Of a stretch of 64,000 bases of DNA, positions 1-12,800 are shown piece by piece. The DNA is taken from the NCBI GenBank assembly GCA_002269645.1, contig NIVC01001740.1:62001-126000 (forward strand), given 5' to 3'. The notes beneath the pieces were generated by a model. It did not search any database, had not been told where the DNA came from, and saw only the letters and a list, made by a program, of their open reading frames with translations. Made by a program: the position numbers and the translations under genes. Every line of letters starts with the position of its first letter. Positions within the stretch are counted from its first letter, which is position 1. This DNA is from Macrostomum lignano (Eukaryota).

Positions 1-701
1 CGTACCCGTAGTCTTGAACTCGATCTTGGCTGTGTTGGGTACGGGCTCCGCCCGGAAGTGAACCCGTGCGTATCAGCTATCAGGTACCTCTGGCCATGGC
101 TCTTAGGAACAGGTACGTACACCCTCTGACCTTAACAGGGTATGCGGCCAGTCCGCAGGCTCCGGGGACAGCCTTTTGTCTCCCTCAGGGGCCCAGTGTA
201 GTACCGCGCTGATGGTCCTTTGATTCGGCCTCTGGTTCTCCAAGCCGCCCGGTCGCTATCTTTTGGCTGGCTGTTGGGTTTGGGGTTACGGCCCAAAAGC
301 TTCTCATTTCTAGTCCCCATTCGCCTTTCAGCGACTCATGGAGTATTCATTTACCTCCGACACGTCCGAGGTTGCTGGAGCACCAACCGAGGTTGGTACC
401 GCGGCCCAGCCGGACATTCGCAACACTGGAACCCCGGTGCCTCCCAGTCAGCCCCTGCCGCCGCTCAGGACAATACCGAAGCGGCTGGACAACAGGACGG
501 CGGACCTCAGCCCTCTAAGAAGAAGGCCCGTAGCATTGCTCGCTACAAAGCTTTTCTCCAGCGCAAAGCGGAGGAACGGAGGAGTGCGAAAGCCGCCCCT
601 CCGGCCGCCTCCGAGGAGGGTGCCGGTAACTCTGCGAATCCCGCGGAGGAGCCGACATCCGACAAGGGGCGAACCCCGCGCGCCGGTCAAAAGCGTCAGG
701 A

Positions 702-1420
702 GTGCAGCGAGTGCTAGCAGGACTGACCGGCGTCAAGTGGATCCACGATGACATCATAATCCACAGTCAGGACCTGGAGTCTCACCAGGCGCACGTGGCT
801 GCCTGCCTGGCTAGACTGCGAGAGCACGGCATCCCCCTGAACGCCAGCAAGTGCCACTGGGGCATCAGCAAGCTGGATCGTACGAAAGGGCCAGGAATTC
901 GTCTGGGACAGCGAGCAGCAGCAGGCCTTCCAGGCCGTCAAAGACGGCATCTTTGAGAGCTCCACTCTGGCCTTCTTTGACAAGCAGCTGCCGACTGAGC
1001 TGGTGGTCGACGCATCGCCCGTCGGTGTCGGCGCCATCCTGCAGCAGCGACACCACGGCAGCCAGACTCGCCCGGTGGCCTACGCGAGCCGAACCCTCAG
1101 CGACGTCGAGCGGCGGTACAGTCAGATCGAACGCGAGGCCCTGGGCGTCAAGTTCGGTTGCCTGAAGTTCGCGTTTTACCTGGAAGGCTGCCCGCACTTT
1201 GATGTCTACACTGACCACAAGCCGCTGCTCGGCATCTACAGGGCGGACTCTAGGCCGCCGCCCCGACTCGAGCGTATTGTGCTGCAGACCCAGCACTTCT
1301 CGTTTACGCTGCACTACCGCAAGGGCGAGGACAATCCAGCAGATCCCCTCAGTCGCAACCCGCTGCCGAGCACATCGCCCGGCAAAGGCGAGAGGCCGCA
1401 GAGACTCGACTGCTCAACAC
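702..1420 (+). pseudogene. Gypsy pol fragment: C-terminal RT (IHDD motif), connection domain and RNase H, with internal deletion and frameshifts
   Basis: ORF 702-956 gives QRVLAGLTGVKWIHDDIIIHS...HVAACLARLREHGIPLNASKC. A different frame from ~890 gives QEFVWDSEQQQAFQAVKDGIFESSTLAFFDKQLPTELVVDAS. The usual RT thumb segment (FLGH...FLG) between them is absent. Confidence 0.9.
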
Positions 1421-1639
1421 TGTGGTGCAGGCAGCCACGCCAAAGGGCCTGACAGTCGACAAGATCCGGGCTGCAACCGAGTCGGACCCGACCCTGACGG
1501 CCGTCATGCAGGCGCTGGCAACTGGGAACTGGAGCTGTGGGGCGACAGCGCCAGCGCACAGCTTCCGGTCTCTGAAAGACGAACTCAGCGTCCACGCAGG
1601 CCTGCTGCTCCGAGGCAGTAGAATTGTCATCCCAGCAGA

Positions 1640-2739
1640 ACTGCAGCAGTTGACCATCAGCCTGGCGCATCAGGTCACCTGGACCAGAAAAAAACGTCCG
1701 ATCGACTTCAACGCAAGATCTGGTGGCCCGGCATGATCAAACAGGTGGAAGCCGTCGTCTCCCGCTGCCGCCCGTGCCAGGCGGCCCGGCCTGATGGGGC
1801 CACCAAGCAGCCGCCGATGCAGCCGACGCCTCTTCCGTCGGGGCCATGGCAATCGCTTAGCATGGATGTCTGCAAGCCATTCCCGACCGGCGAGAACATT
1901 GTCGTGCTGGTTGACTACTTCAGCCAATACCCGGATGTCTACGTGGTGCGAAGCCTCACCAGCTCCAGCGTCATCACCTGTGCCATGGCCTCGTTCAGCC
2001 GCTTTGGTGTGCCGCAGCAGATCACCACGGACAACGCCACGTACTTCACGAACGACGAGTTCAGAGAGTTTCTCGATGGCCTCGGAGTTCAGCATCGCCG
2101 CGTCACCCCGCTCTACCCGGCAGCGAATGGTGAAGTGGAGCGCTTCAACCGCAGCCTCAACAAGGCCGTCAACGCCGCCACAGCCGAAGGCAAAGACTGG
2201 CGCCGGGCCATCCACGAGTGGCTTCTCGGCTACCGCAACTCCGTGCACCTGGCACCGACCGCTCGCCCAACGACCTCTTGTTCAACAGGGCCGTCGGCGA
2301 CGTCTTGCCTGCCATCTCGACGAAGCAGCGCGGCAGCCGCGAGCGGCAACTCCAGAGCCACGACCGCAGCTACAAGCAAGCGATCCGGCAGACAGCCGAC
2401 ACGCGACGAGCGGCTGGGCCGCACGGCATTCAGGCGGGAGTCCGCGTGCTGCTCAAGAATCGCGGCAAAGCCAAGCTGAGGTGTCCGTTTGACCCGCACC
2501 CCTGGATCGTTAAAGCGGTAAACGGCAGCGCCCTGACTCTGGAACGTGACGGGGCCGTCTTGCGACGGCACGTGACCGAGACGAAGCTGCTGCACGAGTG
2601 CCCCTGGGAGCCCGAAGAACTGGATGCCGGCAAGCCAGCCGAGACTCCGCCCACCACGCTTGGAGGCGCGAACGAGGGAGCCATTGCGCAGAGGCCCCAT
2701 CCCAGGAAGGCTAAGTGGCAAATCTATTACAAACTATAA
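1640..2739 (+). pseudogene. Gypsy integrase (HHCC zinc finger plus DDE core), frameshifted
   Basis: AHQ/(G)HL...IWWPGM...CRPC zinc finger broken by a -1 shift near 1672. The core SMD...TTDNA...NGEVERFNRSL lies in ORF 1733-2479, with a second shift near 2250 into the C-terminal domain. Confidence 0.92.
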
Positions 2740-2846
2740 GTTGGAGCGCAAACAAACTTTTTGTTCATTGCTTTACTACCGTTGCTTCATTCTGTTACAA
2801 TTCTTCCAACTCTAGCGTATCGAAATGCGGCCTCAACCCTCTGCTT

Positions 2847-2856
2847 GGGGGAGAGG
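2847..2856 (+). promoter_or_regulatory. Polypurine tract (plus-strand primer) of the Gypsy element
   Basis: GGGGGAGAGG immediately followed by TGTAGTG at 2857, downstream of the integrase. Confidence 0.8.
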
Positions 2857-3256
2857 TGTAGTGTACGCCTCTCTACGCCTGTAGGCTAGTATGTGACTCT
2901 AGCTATGAGTTCTCTCGACCGACGTGCGCTAGCTCTGCCCCGCCCCCCTTAACCATTGCAACGCTGTGGCCGCACAATAAAATCGTAAAATTTAACAAAG
3001 AGATTCTTAGATACATGTATGTTGTGTATTGTAGTTGCAATTGATAAAATAAAAGGGTAAGTGAGCTATAGAGAGAGCTCCAATTTGCACTCGTATAATG
3101 AATGATACGTACACGTACTTGGCTGGACCCGCCACACGCCACGAATTATCGTATTTAAAACCAAAGACCACTATAGGAACACTTCCTAGTATAGTAGTCT
3201 AGTAGTCCTTGTATAAAACTAACTGACTGAGAAAGTAAAATACAACGTACACTAAT
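2857..3256 (+). repeat. Probable 3' LTR (~400 bp)
   Basis: Starts TGTAGTGTACG after the PPT. CGTACACTA at 3246-3254 is the reverse complement of its start. Contains AATAAA motifs. No second LTR in the window to confirm, so the right end is approximate. Confidence 0.6.
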
Positions 3257-3861
3257 TAAAAAGTACCTATTCTAATTTATTACACTACTTTAATTTAATA
3301 CCCTACTGGCAGTAGAAATACGAGGAGAATACGCTAAGAAAATAATCAATAAATACATTTCGAATACATTTTACTGTTTTAACTAAATGAATATTTCATG
3401 CAGTCTTTGCACAACAATCTTCTTAATACTAAAGATGAAAACCATATTGTATATTTCAATACTCCTCCTAGACTGTTGGACCAAAATTTATCAAACTTGC
3501 ACTATTTTGATTGGAAGTTTTTACGGGACTATATGCATGACTATTTTGATTCTTGATATTCACAAAGATGGCCCTTTAAAGTTGAGAAAACCTGCTTTTT
3601 GCCAATGCTTTCAGTGCATTTTTGCTGGCAGTCAGAGCCAACTATGACTCAGGGCCATAGACTAAAAACATATTCTTTGTTTGATCCTTCGTTTCTTTAT
3701 ATTCGTATTCGTAATATATTAAATCTATACGAATAATGATAGAATACGAATAAATCTATACGACTATACGAACAATTCGTCCGTTGAATTAACCTAAATC
3801 ACAGAATAGTAGACTTGCGAAGCAACAACGACGTAACGAAAGTCGAACCGGCGGGCAAATC

Positions 3862-6800
3862 CTGTCTGTGGGATGCTTGCTGTCTTGGGGATGCTTGCTG
3901 TCTGTGGGATGCTTGCTGTCTTGGGGATGCTTGCTGTCTGGGGGATGCTTGCTGTCTTGGGGATGCTTGCTGTCTGGGGGATGCTTGCTGTCTGGGGGAT
4001 GCTTGCTGTCTTGGGGATGCTTGCTGTCTTGGGGATGCTTGCTGTCTGTGGGATGCTTGCTGTCTTGGGGATGCTTGCTGTCTGGGGGATGCTTGCTGTC
4101 TTGGGGATGCTTGCTGTCTGTGGGATGCTTGCTGTCTTGGGGATGCTTGCTGTCTGTGGGATGCTTGCTGTCTTGGGGATGCTTGCTGTCTGGGGATGCT
4201 TGCTGTCTTGGGGATGCTTGCTGTCTGGGGGATGCTTGCTGTCTGGGGATGCTTGCTGTCTTGGGGATGCTTGCTGTCTTGGGGATGCTTGCTGTCTGTG
4301 GGATGCTTGCTGTCTTGGGGATGCTTGCTGTCTGGGGGATGCTTGCTGTCTTGGGGATGCTTGCTGTCTGTGGGATGCTTGCTGTCTTGGGGATGCTTGC
4401 TGTCTGTGGGATGCTTGCTGTCTTGGGGATGCTTGCTGTCTGGGGATGCTTGCTGTCTTGGGGATGCTTGCTGTCTTGGGGATGCTTGCTGTCTTGGGGA
4501 TGCTTGCTGTCTTGGGGATGCTTGCTGTCTTGGGGATGCTTGCTGTCTGGGGGATGCTTGCTGTCTGTGGGATGCTTGCTGTCTTGGGGATGCTTGCTGT
4601 CTGGGGAATGCTTGCTGTCTGGGGGATGCTTGCTGTCTGGGGGATGCTTGCAATCTGGGGGATGCTTGCTGTCTTGGGGATGCTTGCTGTCTTGGGGATG
4701 CTTGCTGTCTTGGGGATGCTTGCTGTCTTGGGGATGCTTGCTGTCTGTGGGATGCTTGCTGTCTGTGGGATGCTTGCTGTCTTGGGGATGCTTGCTGTCT
4801 TGGGGATGCTTGCTGTCTTGGGGATGCTTGCTGTCTTGGGGATGCTTGCTGTCTGGGGGATGCTTGCTGTCTGGGGATGCTTGCTGTCTGGGGATGCTTG
4901 CTATCTGGGGATGCTTGCTGTCTGGGGATGCTTGCTGTCTGGGGGATGCTTGCTGTCTTGGGGATGCTTGCTGTCTGGGGATGCTTGCTGTCTGGGGATG
5001 CTTGCTGTCTGGGGATGCTTGCTGTCTGGGGGATGCTTGCTGTCTGGGGATGCTTGCTGTCTTGGGGATGCTTGCTGTCTGTGGGATGCTTGCTGTCTGG
5101 GGATGCTTGCTGTCTTGGGGATGCTTGCTGTCTGGGGGATGCTTGCTGTCTGGGGGATGCTTGCTGTCTGGGGATGCTTGCTGTCTGGGGGATGCTTGCT
5201 GTCTGGGGGATGCTTGCTGTCTGGGGATGCTTGCTGTCTTGGGGATGCTTGCTGTCTGGGGGATGCTTGCTGTCTGGGGGATGCTTGCTGTCTTGGGGAT
5301 GCTTGCTGTCTTGGGGATGCTTGCTGTCTGTGGGATGCTTGCTGTCTTGGGGATGCTTGCTGTCTTGGGGATGCTTGCTGTCTGGGGATGCTTGCTGTCT
5401 GTGGGATGCTTGCTGTCTGGGGATGCTTGCTGTCTTGGGGATGCTTGCTGTCTGGGGGATGCTTGCTGTCTGTGGGATGCTTGCTGTCTGTGGGATGCTT
5501 GCTGTCTTGGGGATGCTTGCTGTCTTGGGGATGCTTGCTGTCTTGGGGATGCTTGCTGTCTGGGGGATGCTTGCTGTCTTGGGGATGCTTGCTGTCTGGG
5601 GATGCTTGCTGTCTTGGGGATGCTTGCTGTCTTGGGGATGCTTGCTGTCTTGGGGATGCTTGCTGTCTGTGGGATGCTTGCTGTCTTGGGGATGCTTGCT
5701 GTCTTGGGGATGCTTGCTGTCTTGGGGATGCTTGCTGTCTTGGGGATGCTTGCTGTCTTGGGGATGCTTGCTGTCTTGGGGATGCTTGCTGTCTGTGGGA
5801 TGCTTGCTGTCTTGGGGATGCTTGCTGTCTTGGGGATGCTTGCTGTCTGGGGGATGCTTGCTGTCTGTGGGATGCTTGCTGTCTTGGGGATGCTTGCTGT
5901 CTGGGGGATGCTTGCTGTCTGGGGGATGCTTGCTGTCTTGGGGATGCTTGCTGTCTTGGGGATGCTTGCTGTCTGGGGGATGCTTGCTGTCTTGGGGATG
6001 CTTGCTGTCTTGGGGATGCTTGCTGTCTGTGGGATGCTTGCTGTCTTGGGGATGCTTGCTGTCTGGGGATGCTTGCTGTCTGGGGATGCTTGCTGTCTGT
6101 GGGATGCTTGCTGTCTGGGGGATGCTTGCTGTCTTGGGGATGCTTGCTGTCTGGGGATGCTTGCTGTCTGTGGGATGCTTGCTGTCTGGGGGATGCTTGC
6201 TGTCTTGGGGATGCTTGCTGTCTTGGGGATGCTTGCTGTCTTGGGGATGCTTGCTGTCTTGGGGATGCTTGCTGTCTGGGGATGCTTGCTGTCTGGGGAT
6301 GCTTGCTGTCTGGGGATGCTTGCTGTCTGGGGATGCTTGCTGTCTGGGGATGCTTGCTGTCTGGGGATGCTTGCTGTCTTGGGGATGCTTGCTGTCTGGG
6401 GATGCTTGCTGTCTGGGGATGCTTGCTGTCTGGGGATGCTTGCTGTCTGGGGATGCTTGCTGTCTGGGGATGCTTGCTGTCTTGGGGATGCTTGCTGTCT
6501 TGGGGATGCTTGCTGTCTTGGGGATGCTTGCTGTCTGTGGGATGCTTGCTGTCTGTGGGATGCTTGCTGTCTTGGGGATGCTTGCTGTCTTGGGGATGCT
6601 TGCTGTCTGGGGGATGCTTGCTGTCTGGGGATGCTTGCTGTCTGGGGATGCTTGCTGTCTGGGGATGCTTGCTGTCTGGGGATGCTTGCTGTCTGGGGAT
6701 GCTTGCTGTCTGGGGATGCTTGCTGTCTGGGGATGCTTGCTGTCTTGGGGATGCTTGCTGTCTGGGGATGCTTGCTGTCTGGGGATGCTTGCTGTCTGGG

Positions 6801-9800
6801 GATGCTTGCTGTCTGGGGATGCTTGCTGTCTGGGGATGCTTGCTGTCTGGGGATGCTTGCTGTCTGGGGATGCTTGCTGTCTGGGGATGCTTGCTGTCTG
6901 GGGATGCTTGCTGTCTGGGGATGCTTGCTGTCTGGGGATGCTTGCTGTCTGGGGATGCTTGCTGTCTGGGGATGCTTGCTGTCTGGGGATGCTTGCTGTC
7001 TGGGGATGCTTGCTGTCTGGGGATGCTTGCTGTCTGGGGATGCTTGCTGTCTGGGGGATGCTTGCTGTCTGGGGATGCTTGCTGTCTTGGGGATGCTTGC
7101 TGTCTGGGGATGCTTGCTGTCTGGGGATGCTTGCTGTCTGGGGATGCTTGCTGTCTGGGGATGCTTGCTGTCTGTGGGATGCTTGCTGTCTGGGGATGCT
7201 TGCTGTCTTGGGGATGCTTGCTGTCTGGGGATGCTTGCTGTCTGGGGATGCTTGCTGTCTGGGGATGCTTGCTGTCTTGGGGATGCTTGCTGTCTGGGGA
7301 TGCTTGCTGTCTTGGGGATGCTTGCTGTCTGGGGATGCTTGCTGTCTGGGGATGCTTGCTGTCTGGGGATGCTTGCTGTCTTGGGGATGCTTGCTGTCTT
7401 GGGGATGCTTGCTGTCTGGGGATGCTTGCTGTCTTGGGGATGCTTGCTGTCTTGGGGATGCTTGCTGTCTTGGGGATGCTTGCTGTCTTGGGGATGCTTG
7501 CTGTCTTGGGGATGCTTGCTGTCTTGGGGATGCTTGCTGTCTGTGGGATGCTTGCTGTCTTGGGGATGCTTGCTGTCTGGGGATGCTTGCTGTCTGGGGA
7601 TGCTTGCTGTCTGTGGGATGCTTGCTGTCTTGGGGATGCTTGCTGTCTGGGGATGCTTGCTGTCTGGGGATGCTTGCTGTCTTGGGGATGCTTGCTGTCT
7701 TGGGGATGCTTGCTGTCTGGGGATGCTTGCTGTCTTGGGGATGCTTGCTGTCTTGGGGATGCTTGCTGTCTGTGGGATGCTTGCTGTCTGGGGGATGCTT
7801 GCTGTCTTGGGGATGCTTGCTGTCTGGGGATGCTTGCTGTCTGGGGATGCTTGCTGTCTGGGGATGCTTGCTGTCTGGGGATGCTTGCTGTCTGGGGATG
7901 CTTGCTGTCTGTGGGATGCTTGCTGTCTGGGGATGCTTGCTGTCTTGGGGATGCTTGCTGTCTGGGGATGCTTGCTGTCTTGGGGATGCTTGCTGTCTGG
8001 GGATGCTTGCTGTCTTGGGGATGCTTGCTGTCTGGGGATGCTTGCTGTCTGGGGATGCTTGCTGTCTGGGGATGCTTGCTGTCTTGGGGATGCTTGCTGT
8101 CTTGGGGATGCTTGCTGTCTTGGGGATGCTTGCTGTCTGGGGATGCTTGCTGTCTGGGGATGCTTGCTGTCTGGGGATGCTTGCTGTCTTGGGGATGCTT
8201 GCTGTCTGGGGATGCTTGCTGTCTTGGGGATGCTTGCTGTCTGGGGATGCTTGCTGTCTTGGGGATGCTTGCTGTCTGGGGATGCTTGCTGTCTTGGGGA
8301 TGCTTGCTGTCTGGGGATGCTTGCTGTCTGGGGATGCTTGCTGTCTTGGGGATGCTTGCTGTCTGGGGATGCTTGCTGTCTGGGGATGCTTGCTGTCTGG
8401 GGATGCTTGCTGTCTTGGGGATGCTTGCTGTCTGGGGATGCTTGCTGTCTGGGGATGCTTGCTGTCTTGGGGATGCTTGCTGTCTTGGGGATGCTTGCTG
8501 TCTGGGGATGCTTGCTGTCTGGGGATGCTTGCTGTCTTGGGGATGCTTGCTGTCTGGGGATGCTTGCTGTCTTGGGGATGCTTGCTGTCTGGGGATGCTT
8601 GCTGTCTGGGGATGCTTGCTGTCTGGGGATGCTTGCTGTCTGGGGATGCTTGCTGTCTGGGGATGCTTGCTGTCTGGGGATGCTTGCTGTCTGGGGATGC
8701 TTGCTGTCTGGGGATGCTTGCTGTCTTGGGGATGCTTGCTGTCTGGGGATGCTTGCTGTCTTGGGGATGCTTGCTGTCTGGGGATGCTTGCTGTCTTGGG
8801 GATGCTTGCTGTCTGGGGATGCTTGCTGTCTGGGGATGCTTGCTGTCTTGGGGATGCTTGCTGTCTTGGGGATGCTTGCTGTCTGGGGATGCTTGCTGTC
8901 TGGGGATGCTTGCTGTCTTGGGGATGCTTGCTGTCTGGGGATGCTTGCTGTCTGGGGATGCTTGCTGTCTTGGGGATGCTTGCTGTCTTGGGGATGCTTG
9001 CTGTCTGGGGATGCTTGCTGTCTGGGGATGCTTGCTGTCTGGGGATGCTTGCTGTCTGGGGATGCTTGCTGTCTGGGGATGCTTGCTGTCTGGGGATGCT
9101 TGCTGTCTGGGGATGCTTGCTGTCTGGGGATGCTTGCTGTCTGGGGATGCTTGCTGTCTGGGGATGCTTGCTGTCTGGGGATGCTTGCTGTCTGGGGATG
9201 CTTGCTGTCTGGGGATGCTTGCTGTCTTGGGGATGCTTGCTGTCTTGGGGATGCTTGCTGTCTGGGGATGCTTGCTGTCTGGGGATGCTTGCTGTCTGGG
9301 GATGCTTGCTGTCTTGGGGATGCTTGCTGTCTGGGGATGCTTGCTGTCTTGGGGATGCTTGCTGTCTGGGGATGCTTGCTGTCTGGGGATGCTTGCTGTC
9401 TGGGGATGCTTGCTGTCTGGGGATGCTTGCTGTCTGGGGATGCTTGCTGTCTGGGGATGCTTGCTGTCTGGGGATGCTTGCTGTCTGGGGATGCTTGCTG
9501 TCTGGGGATGCTTGCTGTCTGGGGATGCTTGCTGTCTGGGGATGCTTGCTGTCTGGGGATGCTTGCTGTCTGGGGATGCTTGCTGTCTGGGGATGCTTGC
9601 TGTCTGGGGATGCTTGCTGTCTGGGGATGCTTGCTGTCTGGGGATGCTTGCTGTCTGGGGATGCTTGCTGTCTGGGGATGCTTGCTGTCTGGGGATGCTT
9701 GCTGTCTGGGGATGCTTGCTGTCTGGGGATGCTTGCTGTCTGGGGATGCTTGCTGTCTGGGGATGCTTGCTGTCTGGGGATGCTTGCTGTCTGGGGATGC

Positions 9801-12800
9801 TTGCTGTCTTGGGGATGCTTGCTGTCTGGGGATGCTTGCTGTCTGGGGATGCTTGCTGTCTGGGGATGCTTGCTGTCTGGGGATGCTTGCTGTCTGGGGA
9901 TGCTTGCTGTCTGGGGATGCTTGCTGTCTGGGGATGCTTGCTGTCTGGGGATGCTTGCTGTCTGGGGATGCTTGCTGTCTGGGGATGCTTGCTGTCTGGG
10001 GATGCTTGCTGTCTTGGGGATGCTTGCTGTCTGGGGATGCTTGCTGTCTGGGGATGCTTGCTGTCTGGGGATGCTTGCTGTCTGGGGATGCTTGCTGTCT
10101 GGGGATGCTTGCTGTCTGGGGATGCTTGCTGTCTTGGGGATGCTTGCTGTCTGGGGATGCTTGCTGTCTGGGGATGCTTGCTGTCTTGGGGATGCTTGCT
10201 GTCTTGGGGATGCTTGCTGTCTGGGGATGCTTGCTGTCTGGGGATGCTTGCTGTCTTGGGGATGCTTGCTGTCTGTGGGATGCTTGCTGTCTGGGGATGC
10301 TTGCTGTCTGGGGATGCTTGCTGTCTGGGGATGCTTGCTGTCTGTGGGATGCTTGCTGTCTGGGGATGCTTGCTGTCTGGGGATGCTTGCTGTCTGGGGA
10401 TGCTTGCTGTCTGGGGATGCTTGCTGTCTGGGGATGCTTGCTGTCTGGGGATGCTTGCTGTCTGGGGATGCTTGCTGTCTTGGGGATGCTTGCTGTCTGG
10501 GGATGCTTGCTGTCTGGGGATGCTTGCTGTCTGGGGATGCTTGCTGTCTGGGGATGCTTGCTGTCTGGGGATGCTTGCTGTCTGGGGATGCTTGCTGTCT
10601 GGGGATGCTTGCTGTCTGGGGATGCTTGCTGTCTGGGGATGCTTGCTGTCTGGGGATGCTTGCTGTCTGGGGATGCTTGCTGTCTGGGGATGCTTGCTGT
10701 CTGGGGATGCTTGCTGTCTGGGGATGCTTGCTGTCTGGGGATGCTTGCTGTCTGGGGATGCTTGCTGTCTTGGGGATGCTTGCTGTCTGGGGATGCTTGC
10801 TGTCTGGGGATGCTTGCTGTCTGGGGATGCTTGCTGTCTTGGGGATGCTTGCTGTCTGGGGATGCTTGCTGTCTGGGGATGCTTGCTGTCTGGGGATGCT
10901 TGCTGTCTTGGGGATGCTTGCTGTCTGGGGATGCTTGCTGTCTGGGGATGCTTGCTGTCTGGGGATGCTTGCTGTCTTGGGGATGCTTGCTGTCTGGGGA
11001 TGCTTGCTGTCTGGGGATGCTTGCTGTCTGGGGATGCTTGCTGTCTGGGGATGCTTGCTGTCTGGGGATGCTTGCTGTCTGGGGATGCTTGCTGTCTGGG
11101 GATGCTTGCTGTCTGGGGATGCTTGCTGTCTGGGGATGCTTGCTGTCTGGGGATGCTTGCTGTCTGGGGATGCTTGCTGTCTGGGGATGCTTGCTGTCTT
11201 GGGGATGCTTGCTGTCTGGGGATGCTTGCTGTCTGGGGATGCTTGCTGTCTTGGGGATGCTTGCTGTCTGGGGATGCTTGCTGTCTGGGGATGCTTGCTG
11301 TCTGGGGATGCTTGCTGTCTGGGGATGCTTGCTGTCTGGGGATGCTTGCTGTCTGGGGATGCTTGCTGTCTGGGGATGCTTGCTGTCTGGGGATGCTTGC
11401 TGTCTGGGGATGCTTGCTGTCTGGGGATGCTTGCTGTCTGGGGATGCTTGCTGTCTGGGGATGCTTGCTGTCTGGGGATGCTTGCTGTCTGGGGATGCTT
11501 GCTGTCTGGGGATGCTTGCTGTCTGGGGATGCTTGCTGTCTTGGGGATGCTTGCTGTCTGGGGATGCTTGCTGTCTTGGGGATGCTTGCTGTCTGGGGAT
11601 GCTTGCTGTCTTGGGGATGCTTGCTGTCTGGGGATGCTTGCTGTCTGGGGATGCTTGCTGTCTGGGGATGCTTGCTGTCTGGGGATGCTTGCTGTCTGGG
11701 GATGCTTGCTGTCTGGGGATGCTTGCTGTCTGGGGATGCTTGCTGTCTGGGGATGCTTGCTGTCTGGGGATGCTTGCTGTCTGGGGATGCTTGCTGTCTG
11801 GGGATGCTTGCTGTCTGGGGATGCTTGCTGTCTGGGGATGCTTGCTGTCTGGGGATGCTTGCTGTCTTGGGGATGCTTGCTGTCTGGGGATGCTTGCTGT
11901 CTGGGGATGCTTGCTGTCTGGGGATGCTTGCTGTCTGGGGATGCTTGCTGTCTTGGGGATGCTTGCTGTCTGGGGATGCTTGCTGTCTGGGGATGCTTGC
12001 TGTCTGGGGATGCTTGCTGTCTGGGGATGCTTGCTGTCTGGGGATGCTTGCTGTCTGGGGATGCTTGCTGTCTGGGGATGCTTGCTGTCTGGGGATGCTT
12101 GCTGTCTGGGGATGCTTGCTGTCTGGGGATGCTTGCTGTCTGGGGATGCTTGCTGTCTGGGGATGCTTGCTGTCTGGGGATGCTTGCTGTCTGGGGATGC
12201 TTGCTGTCTGGGGATGCTTGCTGTCTGGGGATGCTTGCTGTCTGGGGATGCTTGCTGTCTGGGGATGCTTGCTGTCTGGGGATGCTTGCTGTCTGGGGAT
12301 GCTTGCTGTCTGGGGATGCTTGCTGTCTGGGGATGCTTGCTGTCTGGGGATGCTTGCTGTCTGGGGATGCTTGCTGTCTGGGGATGCTTGCTGTCTGGGG
12401 ATGCTTGCTGTCTGGGGATGCTTGCTGTCTGGGGATGCTTGCTGTCTGGGGATGCTTGCTGTCTGGGGATGCTTGCTGTCTGGGGATGCTTGCTGTCTGG
12501 GGATGCTTGCTGTCTGGGGATGCTTGCTGTCTGGGGATGCTTGCTGTCTGGGGATGCTTGCTGTCTTGGGGATGCTTGCTGTCTGGGGATGCTTGCTGTC
12601 TGGGGATGCTTGCTGTCTGGGGATGCTTGCTGTCTGGGGATGCTTGCTGTCTTGGGGATGCTTGCTGTCTGGGGATGCTTGCTGTCTGGGGATGCTTGCT
12701 GTCTGGGGATGCTTGCTGTCTGGGGATGCTTGCTGTCTGGGGATGCTTGCTGTCTGGGGATGCTTGCTGTCTGGGGATGCTTGCTGTCTGGGGATGCTTG

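Larger units (their letters stand above)
702..3256 (+). mobile_element. Defective Ty3/Gypsy LTR retrotransposon, 3' portion (RT end, RNase H, integrase, PPT, probable 3' LTR)
   Basis: Ordered pol motifs RT (WIHDDIII), RNase H (VDASPVGVGAILQQ, AYASRTL, YSQIEREAL, YTDHKPL) and integrase, in the RT-RH-IN order of Ty3/Gypsy. They are followed by a polypurine tract and a TG-starting LTR-like segment. Frameshifts are present and the 5' part is missing. Confidence 0.93.
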
